Assembly (NCBI GenBank): GCA_001304155.1
Contig: LJUX01000021.1
Location: forward strand, 1 to 49,649
Direction: 5' to 3'
Source: a candidate division Zixibacteria bacterium SM23_73_3
GTDB taxonomy: Bacteria; Zixibacteria; MSB-5A5; SM1-73
DNA length: 49,649 nucleotides
This document shows, in pieces, positions 18,867-27,696 of the stretch (positions are counted from its first letter, which is position 1; every line of letters starts with the position of its first letter). A program made the position numbers and the translations under genes. Below the pieces are notes generated by a model that made no database searches, was not told the origin of the DNA, and saw only the letters and a list, made by a program, of their open reading frames with translations.

Positions 18867-19616
18867 GATATACTCCTTCTTTAATTGTGGTGGCTAGTTG
18901 GATTCCTATTCCTTTGTAAAAACTACGCCGAACCTCGGATTTGAATTTGAGGTTTGTCTCGAGATTTTAACCTGCTTGATTTTGGGGATTTTGTTTTTTG
19001 TCAAATCTCTCTTTTCTCCCTCCAAAAAAATTCCCCAAAATGTTCTCGGTGAGTTGTCTTTTTCATTTCCATTTACATACTAATTCCTTACCCAAGGTCA
19101 AAAGCTGTGGCCACAATGTTCAAAAAAATAACCACTTTATTTTCTAATCAAACATTGTGCCAGGTTTTTTCTCGCATGATTAATTTTGTAAATAGTTATG
19201 AAACAAAAGAATATGGCTAATAACTTCTTCTATCATCTGTATAATTTGAGATCTAACTCGCCAATTTTAGCGAAGTTAAGAATCCGAAACGATTCTCAAT
19301 TTGTGTTAGGTATAAAAACATAATTAGGTTACATTGGTTCGTTGAAAACTGCGACTGCAGACAAAAAACACGGGAGCTCCTCCTCTTGGTAACGAACGCC
19401 TCGTGCTTTACCAGTTTCCTCAACGTCACGCAAGTTGTGGCAGGGTATATTTTAGGAGGAATCCCTTAGGGCAGGCACTACACGCCACCTTTATGCTGAG
19501 TGTGTCGAACCATAAAAGGTCGAAGAAGATGATACTCCCGACTAACAGGCCAGAAGGAAAAAAGCTGCTGCTCGGTAGTCAAAACCACGACATAAAAAGC
19601 AGCCTGTATTTTTTTC

Positions 19617-19645
19617 TTGACAAGACGTAATTGGAAACATAAATT
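19617..19645 (+). promoter_or_regulatory. sigma70-type promoter for the formate dehydrogenase locus
   Basis: TTGACA-N17-TAAATT about 70 nt upstream of fdhE. Confidence 0.6.
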
Positions 19646-19713
19646 TAGACGAATTATGTATGATTTCATGCTTTGACGCTGAAAAGTGAGGGAAATCAAA
19701 AGGATTTTAATTT

Positions 19714-20571
19714 ATGACCGCTCCAGCGGAGAGTAAGTTATATCTTGGTCTTTGCCAGCAGATAGCCGAAGTCAGGTCCGCTTTCAAAACCAGGCACCTG
19801 AAGGATACAAAAACTCCAGATGAGCAGATTCAAGAACAGGCAGAGGGAAAAAAGCCCCTCCTGGACATGCAAAAGCTGAAGATAGGAAAAAAACTTCCAG
19901 ACGAGTTTTTCAACGATTTGCTTTCTGTTTTGAAGAGCAACGAATTCTTCAGCCGCATGGAAATTGACAGGCTCCTTGCCAATAAAGAAAAAATCAATTT
20001 ACTTAAACTAATCCGACTAGTTCTTGATAGAGATTTCCCAAGACTAATATCTTTTTCTTCCCAACTCGAGATTGAGACAGATCTAGTTCTATTTATCGGT
20101 CTGAACTTAAGTCAGGCTGTGTTGGAACTCTATGCCGACACAATTAAAGACAAAGTGGATCAGGAGAACTGGCTCAAGGGAAATTGTCCGGTTTGTGGAA
20201 GTTACCCGGGTATTGAAAAACTGAGAAGGGATGATGGCAAGAGGATACTGCGGTGCAGTTTCTGCGGAACAGAGTGGTATTTCAAAAGGATCATGTGCCC
20301 ATTCTGCGACAATGAAGACCATAACAGCTTAAGATATTTCTTCATAGAGGAGGATTCCCCAACAGAGAAAGCCGCTTTCCGGGTGGACGTATGCGACAAG
20401 TGTAAAAGTTATATTAAAACGGTCGACGAGAGAAAGCTGCCTGAATCTGAAAAACCTGATTTATACCTGGAGAATTTCAATACCATATACTTAGATGTTC
20501 TGGCTCAAAAGGATGGCTACCAAAGCCCCACTTACTGGATGGTAGCGCCATCTGAGGATTTATTGGTTTGA
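19714..20571 (+). CDS. fdhE: formate dehydrogenase maturation protein FdhE
   Basis: CPVCGS, RILRCSFCGTEW, CPFC, RVDVCDKCKSYIKTVD, LDVLAQKDGY; upstream of the FDH genes. Confidence 0.93.
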   Translation: MTAPAESKLYLGLCQQIAEVRSAFKTRHLKDTKTPDEQIQEQAEGKKPLLDMQKLKIGKKLPDEFFNDLLSVLKSNEFFSRMEIDRLLANKEKINLLKLIRLVLDRDFPRLISFSSQLEIETDLVLFIGLNLSQAVLELYADTIKDKVDQENWLKGNCPVCGSYPGIEKLRRDDGKRILRCSFCGTEWYFKRIMCPFCDNEDHNSLRYFFIEEDSPTEKAAFRVDVCDKCKSYIKTVDERKLPESEKPDLYLENFNTIYLDVLAQKDGYQSPTYWMVAPSEDLLV

Positions 20572-20639
20572 GAACTCATGTGAAAGAAATCACAAAATAT
20601 AAACTTTTTAAACAAAATCTCGGAGGGAGGTGAGATTTT

Positions 20640-21143
20640 ATGAAAGGACTAAGGCTAATCGCCATATTTTCGGTGATTCTACTGCTGGTATTTGTATGGG
20701 CGTTTGCGCAGACATCTAAGAAGGAAGTTTCAAAAAAGGAAGAACCCACTGCTTTTCAGACCAGATGCGCTATCTGCCATTCCCTGGAAGAGGTTAGAAC
20801 TGGTATGGAGAAAATGATCATCGACATGCACGGTAAAGCGGGAATAAAGATCGGCGAGGAGTCCTTGAAGGCAATTGAGAAGAGCTTCACTCTGTTGCCG
20901 GTGGAGGATCCGCACAAGGGGCTCTTCCAGGAGAAGTGCGTTAAATGCCATTCCATGGACTTGGTGGTCAAGGCCCATCAAACCCTGGATGAGAAGGAGA
21001 TGAAAGAGATCATCGAGAAGATGGCAAAGAAGGAGAAATCCGGAATCTCAACAGAGGAAATAGAGAAGATTCACCAGTCTATGATGATATTAAATGAGAT
21101 CTATGAACCGGATGTAGAATTGAAAAAAGAAGAGAAAAAATAA
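20640..21143 (+). CDS. exported diheme c-type cytochrome
   Basis: Signal peptide ending AFA; two CxxCH motifs (CAICH, CVKCH) in two similar repeats, each with downstream Met residues. Confidence 0.8.
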   Translation: MKGLRLIAIFSVILLLVFVWAFAQTSKKEVSKKEEPTAFQTRCAICHSLEEVRTGMEKMIIDMHGKAGIKIGEESLKAIEKSFTLLPVEDPHKGLFQEKCVKCHSMDLVVKAHQTLDEKEMKEIIEKMAKKEKSGISTEEIEKIHQSMMILNEIYEPDVELKKEEKK

Positions 21144-21176
21144 AACAAAAAACCGTTAAGGAGGTGAAGAAAGCAC

Positions 21177-24155
21177 ATGAAAATCTCAAGAAGAGGTTTT
21201 CTAAAGATCTCCGGAGGAGTGACGACTGGAGCGGTCCTGGGCACCTTCGGAGTTCACCTGAAAAGCTCGCAGGCACATGCTCAAACGCTGAAAACCAAAT
21301 ACGCCAAGGAAACCACCACCATCTGTCCATATTGCGGAGTGGGATGCAGTGAGATCGTGTCGGTGAGCAATGACAGGGTGATAAACATCGAGGGCGACCC
21401 GGATCATCCCATCAATCAAGGTTCACTCTGCAGTAAGGGAGAGGCTCTTATTCAAGTGGCAAATAACGAAAGAAGAATGACCAAGATCCTATATAGAGCA
21501 CCTTATAGCGAGAAGTGGGAGGAGAAGAGCTGGGATTGGGCAATACCGGAGATCGCCAAAAGAATTAAGAAGACCAGGGACGAGAGCTGGATGGCGAAGG
21601 ATGGAAAGGGACGGGTAGTCAATCGCACAGAAGCCCTGGCTGGATTGGGCGGAGCCGCTTTGGATAATGAGGAATGTTATCTTTGGTCCAAGCTGGCCCG
21701 AGCCCTGGGTATAGTCTATTTAGAACACCAGGCGCGTATATGACACTCTGCCACAGTCGCCAGTTTGGCGGAAACTTACGGCAGAGGCGCTATGACCAAT
21801 CACTGGATCGATATCAAGAATGCTGACTGCATTATGATCATCGGTTCCAACGCAGCAGAAAATCACCCCATATCCTTCAGATGGGTTAACAAGGCGATGG
21901 AGAATGGCGCCAAGCTCATCAGCGTCGACCCCCGCTTCACCCGCACCTCATCCAGAGCAGATATCTATGCCCCCATAAGGTCGGGAAGCGATATCGCCTT
22001 CGTCGACGGGGTGATGAACTACATCGTGCAGAATAACCTTTTCAACCAGGAATATCTGGTAGATCACACTAACGCCAGCTTCCTGGTCAACACGCAGTTC
22101 GGATTCTCGGACGGTCTCTTCACTGGGTACGACGGGTCGAAAAGAATGTATAAGAAGGATACCTGGCAATATCAACTGGATGAAAGCGGAAATCCGAAAA
22201 AGGACCCAACTCTTCAAGATCCTAATTGCGTATTTCAGCTTTTAAAGAAGCATCTTTCCCGTTACACGCTCGAGAAGGTATCCAGCATCACCGGATGTCC
22301 TGCAGAATTGATTGTGGAGGTGGCGAAAACTTATGGAGCAACCGGAGCCAAGGATAAATCCGCAACCATCATGTATGCCATGGGCACCACTCAGCATACC
22401 GTGGGAACACAGAACGTGCGCACTTACGCCATGCTTCAGCTTCTGTTGGGAAACGTAGGAGTGGCTGGAGGCGGAATCAATGCACTGAGAGGGGAGTCCA
22501 ACGTGCAGGGTTCCACTGATATGGCCATCCTGTTTCACATTCTTCCGGGTTATCTCAAAACTCCAAGGGTAGAGAACCAGACTTTGGCTGAGTATCTGGA
22601 AATGTGGACGCCCAAGTCAAATGACCCTAAGAGCGCTAATTGGTGGCAGCATACCCCTAAATATACGGTGAGTCTGCTGAAGGCTTTCTGGGGAGATCAC
22701 GCCACGAAAGACAACGAATTCGCCTATCAGTATCTTCCCAAGGTGAGCGCAAATTACTCCCACATCTCAATGTTTGAGGCCATGTACGACGGCGTGATCA
22801 AAGGTCTCATATGCATGGGGCAGAATCCAGCCGTGGGTGGTCCTAATGTCCTAAAGGAAAGAAAGGCTCTGGAAAAGCTGGATTGGCTGGTTGCGGTAGA
22901 TCTCTGGGAGACCGAGACTGCAGCTTTCTGGAGTGCTCCTGGAGTTGATCCCAAGAAGATAGGAACCGAGGTTTTTATGCTGCCCGCGGCGGCTTCCATG
23001 GAGAAAGAGGGAAGCATTACCAACAGCGGTCGATGGAGCCAATGGAGATATACGGCGGTTCATCCTCCGGGCGATGCCAAATCCGATCTGTGGATTTTAG
23101 ATCAGATCGGCAAGGAGCTGAAGAAGCTGTACCAAGCCGATACCGGACCCTTCCCTGGCCCCATAGTGCATCTCAACTGGAACTACGGGCCGGGAAGAGA
23201 GGAGCCGGACGTGCATCTGGTGGCTAAGGAGATCAATGGATATGATCTGACCACCGGCAAGCTGATGGCATCCTTCGGAGCGCTCAAGGATGACGGCACC
23301 ACCTCTTCCGGTAACTGGCTGTACTGCGCCAGCTACACCGAGGCCGGTAACATGGCTGCCCGCAGAGATCCCACAGATGCACCCAATAAAATTGGACTTT
23401 ATCCCAAGTGGTCCTGGTGTTGGCCGGTAAATAGAAGGATTATCTATAACCGTGCCTCATGCGATCTTCAGGGCAATCCATATGCTCCTCATAAGTGGGT
23501 GGTCAAGTGGACAGGTCCTGAGACAAAATGGGCCGGTGACGTGCCCGACGGCGGTTGGCCTCCAGGAGATAAATACTCCTTCATCATGAAGCCTGAGGGT
23601 CATGCTCGACTCTTTGGTTTCGGCCTAGCAGATGGTCCCTTCCCCGAACACTACGAGCCTCTGGAGGCGCCGGTGAAGAATGCCATGTCCGCTCAACAGC
23701 TCAATCCGGTTGTCAAAATCTGGTCTGGGGAAATGGATGATGTGGGGACCGTGGAAAAGTATCCCGTCATCGCCACCACCTACCGGGTCACGGAGCACTG
23801 GCAGGCGGGTCAGATGACCAGAAACAATTCCTGGTTGGTGGAGCTCATGCCCGACATGTTCGTGGAGATGAGTAAAACTCTGGCCCAAGCCAAGGGTGTC
23901 AAGAACGGAGACAGGGTAAGAATAAAAACCGCGCGTGGAGAGATAAGTGCGTATGCGGTGGTAACCGCTCGATTTAAGCCATTCAAGCTGAACGGAAAAT
24001 CCTGCGAGCAGATTGGATTGCCATGGCATTACGGTTATAAGGGTCTAGCCACGGGGCACAGCGCAAACTCTTTGACCCCGCATGTGGGTGATGCCAACAC
24101 CATGATACCTGAATACAAGGCGTTCCTCTGCAACGTCGAAAAGGAGGTGGGTTAA
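21177..24155 (+). CDS. fdhA: formate dehydrogenase alpha subunit, selenocysteine-containing (992 aa, Sec at TGA 21741-21743), Tat-exported
   Basis: Twin-Arg signal SRRGFLK; CPYCGVGC Fe-S motif. The two track ORFs are in frame and join as HQARI-U-HSATVASLAETYGRGAMTNHW, the FdnG/FdhA active-site motif. Confidence 0.96.
21746..21786 (+). promoter_or_regulatory. bacterial SECIS element of fdhA
   Basis: Lower stem CTCTGCC/GGCAGAG and apical stem CGCCA/TGGCG with a GTT loop; loop G is the 20th nt after the TGA. Confidence 0.88.
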
Positions 24156-24156
24156 T

Positions 24157-24960
24157 ATGGCAGAAAAAGCGATTCTTCTGGATATGGAGAAATGCATAGC
24201 CTGCCGCGCATGTCAGGTGGCTTGCAAACAATGGAATGAGCTTCCAGCCGAAAAAACCACCTTTTTTGCGGCCGCAGGCGGCTACCAGAATCCGATAGGC
24301 CTTTCTCCTAAAACTTACACCCTGGTGAAGTTCTATGAGCACGAAGAGCAGGAGAAATTAAAATGGCTTTTCCGAGTGCACCGGTGTATGCAGTGCGTTG
24401 ATCCGGCCTGTGTGAAAGCCTGTCCGGTAACCCCGGTAAAAGCCATGACTTTTGATAAAAACACTGGGGCAACGCATGTAAACCGGGAACTCTGCATAGG
24501 CTGTGGAGCCTGTCGGGAATATTGTCCTTTTACCATCCCGGTCATTGATACAGAAGCTGGCAAATCCACCAAATGCACTTTTTGTTTTGATCGTTTGGGC
24601 GATGGAATTGAACCAGCCTGTGCCAAAGCCTGTCCCACCGACTGCCTGGTTTTCGGCGAACGGGATCAGATACTCCAGATGGCTCATCAGGCAAAAGAGA
24701 ACTTGGAGAAGAAGGGAAGACATCCGGTAATATATGGAGAGACGGAGCTTGGCACCGGCACCAAAAAGATCTATGTGCTTCCCGAACCTCTGGACTACTA
24801 TCCGGATGTTGTCAAGAGCCCCAAGGTATCAGAAGATCTAGGCTTCTTCCACCAAATGCTGAAACCTTTTGGGACTTTGACCTTAACTGCTTCCTTGGTG
24901 GGGATGGTGCTAGCCAAGATGAAAGAGGTAAAAGAAAAAGACAAAGTCAAGCCTTCTTGA
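24157..24960 (+). CDS. fdhB: formate dehydrogenase beta (4Fe-4S) subunit with C-terminal membrane anchor
   Basis: CIACRACQVACK, CMQCVDPACVKACP, CIGCGACREYCP, KCTFC...PACAKACPT; hydrophobic C-terminal segment. Confidence 0.92.
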   Translation: MAEKAILLDMEKCIACRACQVACKQWNELPAEKTTFFAAAGGYQNPIGLSPKTYTLVKFYEHEEQEKLKWLFRVHRCMQCVDPACVKACPVTPVKAMTFDKNTGATHVNRELCIGCGACREYCPFTIPVIDTEAGKSTKCTFCFDRLGDGIEPACAKACPTDCLVFGERDQILQMAHQAKENLEKKGRHPVIYGETELGTGTKKIYVLPEPLDYYPDVVKSPKVSEDLGFFHQMLKPFGTLTLTASLVGMVLAKMKEVKEKDKVKPS

Positions 24961-24999
24961 CATTCACAGATTAATCCTTATGGATAAAAAGGAGATGTT

Positions 25000-25638
25000 A
25001 TGATAGACAAAAGGAAGCTGATTTTAGGCATAATCCTTTTCGGATCGATCTGGGGAGGCTTGGAGGCTTTGGGAATCAGGGCGATGAGAGGGGTAGAATT
25101 TTTTCCCACGTCTCCGATCTTGGCTTTGGTTGCCATCCTAATCCTATCTGCCTCCCGTATGATCCTTAAACGTCCGGGAACTACCTTAGCCTGTGGTATT
25201 GTGGCAGCGGGTTTTAAGGGACTGTGTTTGCCATCGATATTCTTCTGTCAGGTTACCGCAGTCCTTCTCACGGCTGCCATTATAGACTTAGCATTTACCT
25301 GGGCTGAGAGCAGAAAACTGTCCAGTTGGATATCCTGGGGGTTTGTTGGCTTAGGAGCCTCTTACCTGAATTATGCTGTATTTGGCCTGGTCAACACTTA
25401 CCTGCTGAGAAATATCTACTGGTTGGAGCGCGTCCACACAATTCCGAATTATGTGCTGGTAAGCGGAACCTACGCCGCCCTTTTGAGCTTCCTGGGAATA
25501 CTTCTGGGAAGAGAGCTGGGCAGGCGAAGCGAGCCTTTATTTAGCCGGATGGAGCAGATCAAGGCGAAGGCCTTCAGCGGCGGGATTATCCTGACCTCAC
25601 TGGGTTTCTGGCTTCTGGGAGTTTTTCTTTACAGATAA
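25000..25638 (+). CDS. uncharacterised integral membrane protein (about 6 TM)
   Basis: Hydrophobic throughout, LFGSIWGGLE start, AGGAG RBS. No heme-b His pattern of an FdnI/FdhC cytochrome b. Confidence 0.75.
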   Translation: MIDKRKLILGIILFGSIWGGLEALGIRAMRGVEFFPTSPILALVAILILSASRMILKRPGTTLACGIVAAGFKGLCLPSIFFCQVTAVLLTAAIIDLAFTWAESRKLSSWISWGFVGLGASYLNYAVFGLVNTYLLRNIYWLERVHTIPNYVLVSGTYAALLSFLGILLGRELGRRSEPLFSRMEQIKAKAFSGGIILTSLGFWLLGVFLYR

Positions 25639-25667
25639 TTTCCTCACCCTTCGGCTGAATAGATTCG

Positions 25668-25729
25668 TGGCAGGGGGAGAAGAGAACTGGTGGTGAAATT
25701 CCCTTTTCCTCCTGCCATTTTATTTTTTT
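25668..25729 (+). terminator. intrinsic terminator closing the fdh operon
   Basis: 19-bp stem (25668-25686 / 25699-25717) with two G-U pairs and one mismatch, then a T-rich tail. Confidence 0.75.
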
Positions 25730-25808
25730 AAAGGATGGGAATTAAGGAATATCGTTATCCAAGATCGCTGATTATTCAATTCCCAGGCAAAGAATGAATT
25801 GAATTTAA

Positions 25809-25861
25809 TGTAACGGAAAGCTTTAGCTTTCCATTGTGGAAACCTGAAGGTTTCCGCTACA
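25809..25861. repeat. inverted REP-like doublet
   Basis: GTAA-CGGAAAGC-TTTA-GCTTTCC on + faces GTAG-CGGAAACC-TTCA-GGTTTCC on -. Confidence 0.7.
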
Positions 25862-25878
25862 TTTACAAAGAGAGACGC

Positions 25879-26661
25879 ATGAAAGGCAAAGTTAAAATCT
25901 ATAACGCTACCAGAATCGAAAAAGACAAGCGTAAAGAACTAAGCGAGAAAGTTGCAGAAGAAGCTGTCCTACGCATCTTTTTGAATGAGCAAGAAATAGT
26001 TGTCCTTTCCTGTACTCCATATGATCAAACCTATCTTGCCGTAGGTTTTTTGATTTCTGATGGATTTTTAAAAAGTAAGGAGGAGATCAGAAACATAAAT
26101 ACCTCAGAAGACAGAGTAACCGTTTATACTGACTCCTCCTATAAGATACCAGAAACCTCCCAACTGCAAGGCATCCTCACCTCGGGATGCGGAAAAGGAA
26201 AGAGTTTTGCAAACTGGGAGGAGATAGATCCGCTGGAAGATGTTCTTATCGATCTGGATTTCAGCTTGAGCCCTGATCAAATCCTTGAGGTTATGTCCCA
26301 ATTTGAAAAAAGATCGGAGCTTTTCAGAGAGACCGCTGGCGTTCACAGTGCTGCGCTGGCAAAAAAAGATGGCATTATTCTGTTCAACGAAGACATCGGG
26401 AGGCACAATGCCGTGGATAAGGTTTTGGGGGAAAGCTTACTTAAAGGGATTAAGTTAAAAGACAAGTTTCTGGTGATAAGCGGGAGAGTATCCTCCGATA
26501 TCGTGTCCAAGCTGAAACACTCTGGCTTGAGCACGGTAGTTTCCCGAACCGCACCCACCGGCCTGGCAGTCAGGATGGCTCAAAAGTTAGGCATAACTTT
26601 GGTTGGATTTGTGCGCGGAAGTAGGATGACGGTATATAGCTTTCCGGTGAGAATACAATGA
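25879..26661 (+). CDS. fdhD: formate dehydrogenase accessory sulfurtransferase FdhD
   Basis: LAVGFLISDG, TSGCG, TAGVHSAAL, EDIGRHNAVDKVLG, TLVGFVRG. Start moved to the ATG at 25879 because the track start at 25834 lies inside a REP. Confidence 0.95.
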   Translation: MKGKVKIYNATRIEKDKRKELSEKVAEEAVLRIFLNEQEIVVLSCTPYDQTYLAVGFLISDGFLKSKEEIRNINTSEDRVTVYTDSSYKIPETSQLQGILTSGCGKGKSFANWEEIDPLEDVLIDLDFSLSPDQILEVMSQFEKRSELFRETAGVHSAALAKKDGIILFNEDIGRHNAVDKVLGESLLKGIKLKDKFLVISGRVSSDIVSKLKHSGLSTVVSRTAPTGLAVRMAQKLGITLVGFVRGSRMTVYSFPVRIQ

Positions 26662-26760
26662 TGGAGCGTACCTCGGGCGGAACTTCGATCGAAAAAGATA
26701 CCCCAAGGTGAAGTCAGATAAACTCTTAAATTATATCCTCAAGTGCTTCCCCCTAATCTT

Positions 26761-27267
26761 CTACTGTCCTTTTGAAAGTTTGCTTTCTATATGATCTGTC
26801 AGTTCTCTGATTTGATTCGTGGAAAAAACCGGAACCGAAACATCAACTCTCCCATCACAAACTACAGCCAACAGGTTATCCTGAGGCGTGCAGAGGGGGA
26901 CTTGATCATGGGAAGAATCCATCACCTCGATTTTGGAATAAGGGGAATCTTTGAATCCCTCTCCTATGATTAAATCATACCCTTTAAAAAGAAATCTTAG
27001 AAGCTCCTCTGAATTTCTTCCAAGCAAGTAATTGGAGAAAAAAGCAATTTTATGCGGGGACAAAATCAAAGTACTCTCTGCTCCGGCCTGGCCATGCCTG
27101 TATGAGTCCTTTCCCGGAACATCGAAGATATGGTCGCCGGTGGTATATTTTATGCTTCCCACCTTGTATCCCCGGTTTTTGAATTCGGGGATAAGTTTCT
27201 CCACCAGGGTGGTTTTCCCTCTTTTTTTTCTTCCTACCACCAGAATGATTCTCATTCCGTCACGCAC
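26761..27267 (-). CDS. mobB: molybdopterin-guanine dinucleotide biosynthesis protein B
   Basis: P-loop GRKKRGKTTLVEKL, DVPGKDSYRHGQAGA, DLIIGEGFK; start may be the second Met. Confidence 0.92.
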   Translation of the reverse strand: MRDGMRIILVVGRKKRGKTTLVEKLIPEFKNRGYKVGSIKYTTGDHIFDVPGKDSYRHGQAGAESTLILSPHKIAFFSNYLLGRNSEELLRFLFKGYDLIIGEGFKDSPYSKIEVMDSSHDQVPLCTPQDNLLAVVCDGRVDVSVPVFSTNQIRELTDHIESKLSKGQ

Positions 27268-27581
27268 CCTTTTTAAATTCCTTTAGGAAATGTAGATCAA
27301 ATTTCCTGATTAGGCAAGAACTATTTAACTTGTGGAGATCTGGCGAATAAGGAATATAAAAAGGCAACCGTGAGAGATCTGTATCTAAATCAGGGTAGGC
27401 ACTGATCTTTTGGTCTATTGATACTCAAAAAACATCCTCCAGGTAGTGCTTTCGCAAAAAATGGCGACAAGCTGAGATATAAACTTGGTATGGTTGAGCC
27501 CCCATCTGGGTTGAGAAGATTAAAACAAGCTTGTCCTTGCGCATTTAAAGAAAAAAAGAAAAATATTCTTGCAAAATCTGC

Positions 27582-27610
27582 TTGACAATGAATTGGAAAA
27601 CCAATATAAT
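27582..27610 (+). promoter_or_regulatory. perfect-consensus sigma70 promoter
   Basis: TTGACA-N17-TATAAT upstream of the outer-membrane barrel gene. Confidence 0.8.
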
Positions 27611-27696
27611 TTACCCTCGATTGTGGTTGTTCCATCTTAAATGAGATGGATCAGAGAAAAGCTGGAAAACTAACTCTAACCAAGGAGTAATACAAA

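Noticed and set aside
21177-24960. Apparently higher GC in fdhAB as evidence of horizontal transfer
   Set aside because: Spot counts varied widely (37% and 62% in two 60-nt lines). This needs codon-usage and phylogenetic analysis.
25668-25717. Stem ending CCTGCCA with a CTGGTG loop, resembling tRNA-Sec ends
   Set aside because: Only 12 nt lie between the arms, with no anticodon or T-arm. A T-rich tail makes a terminator the simpler explanation.
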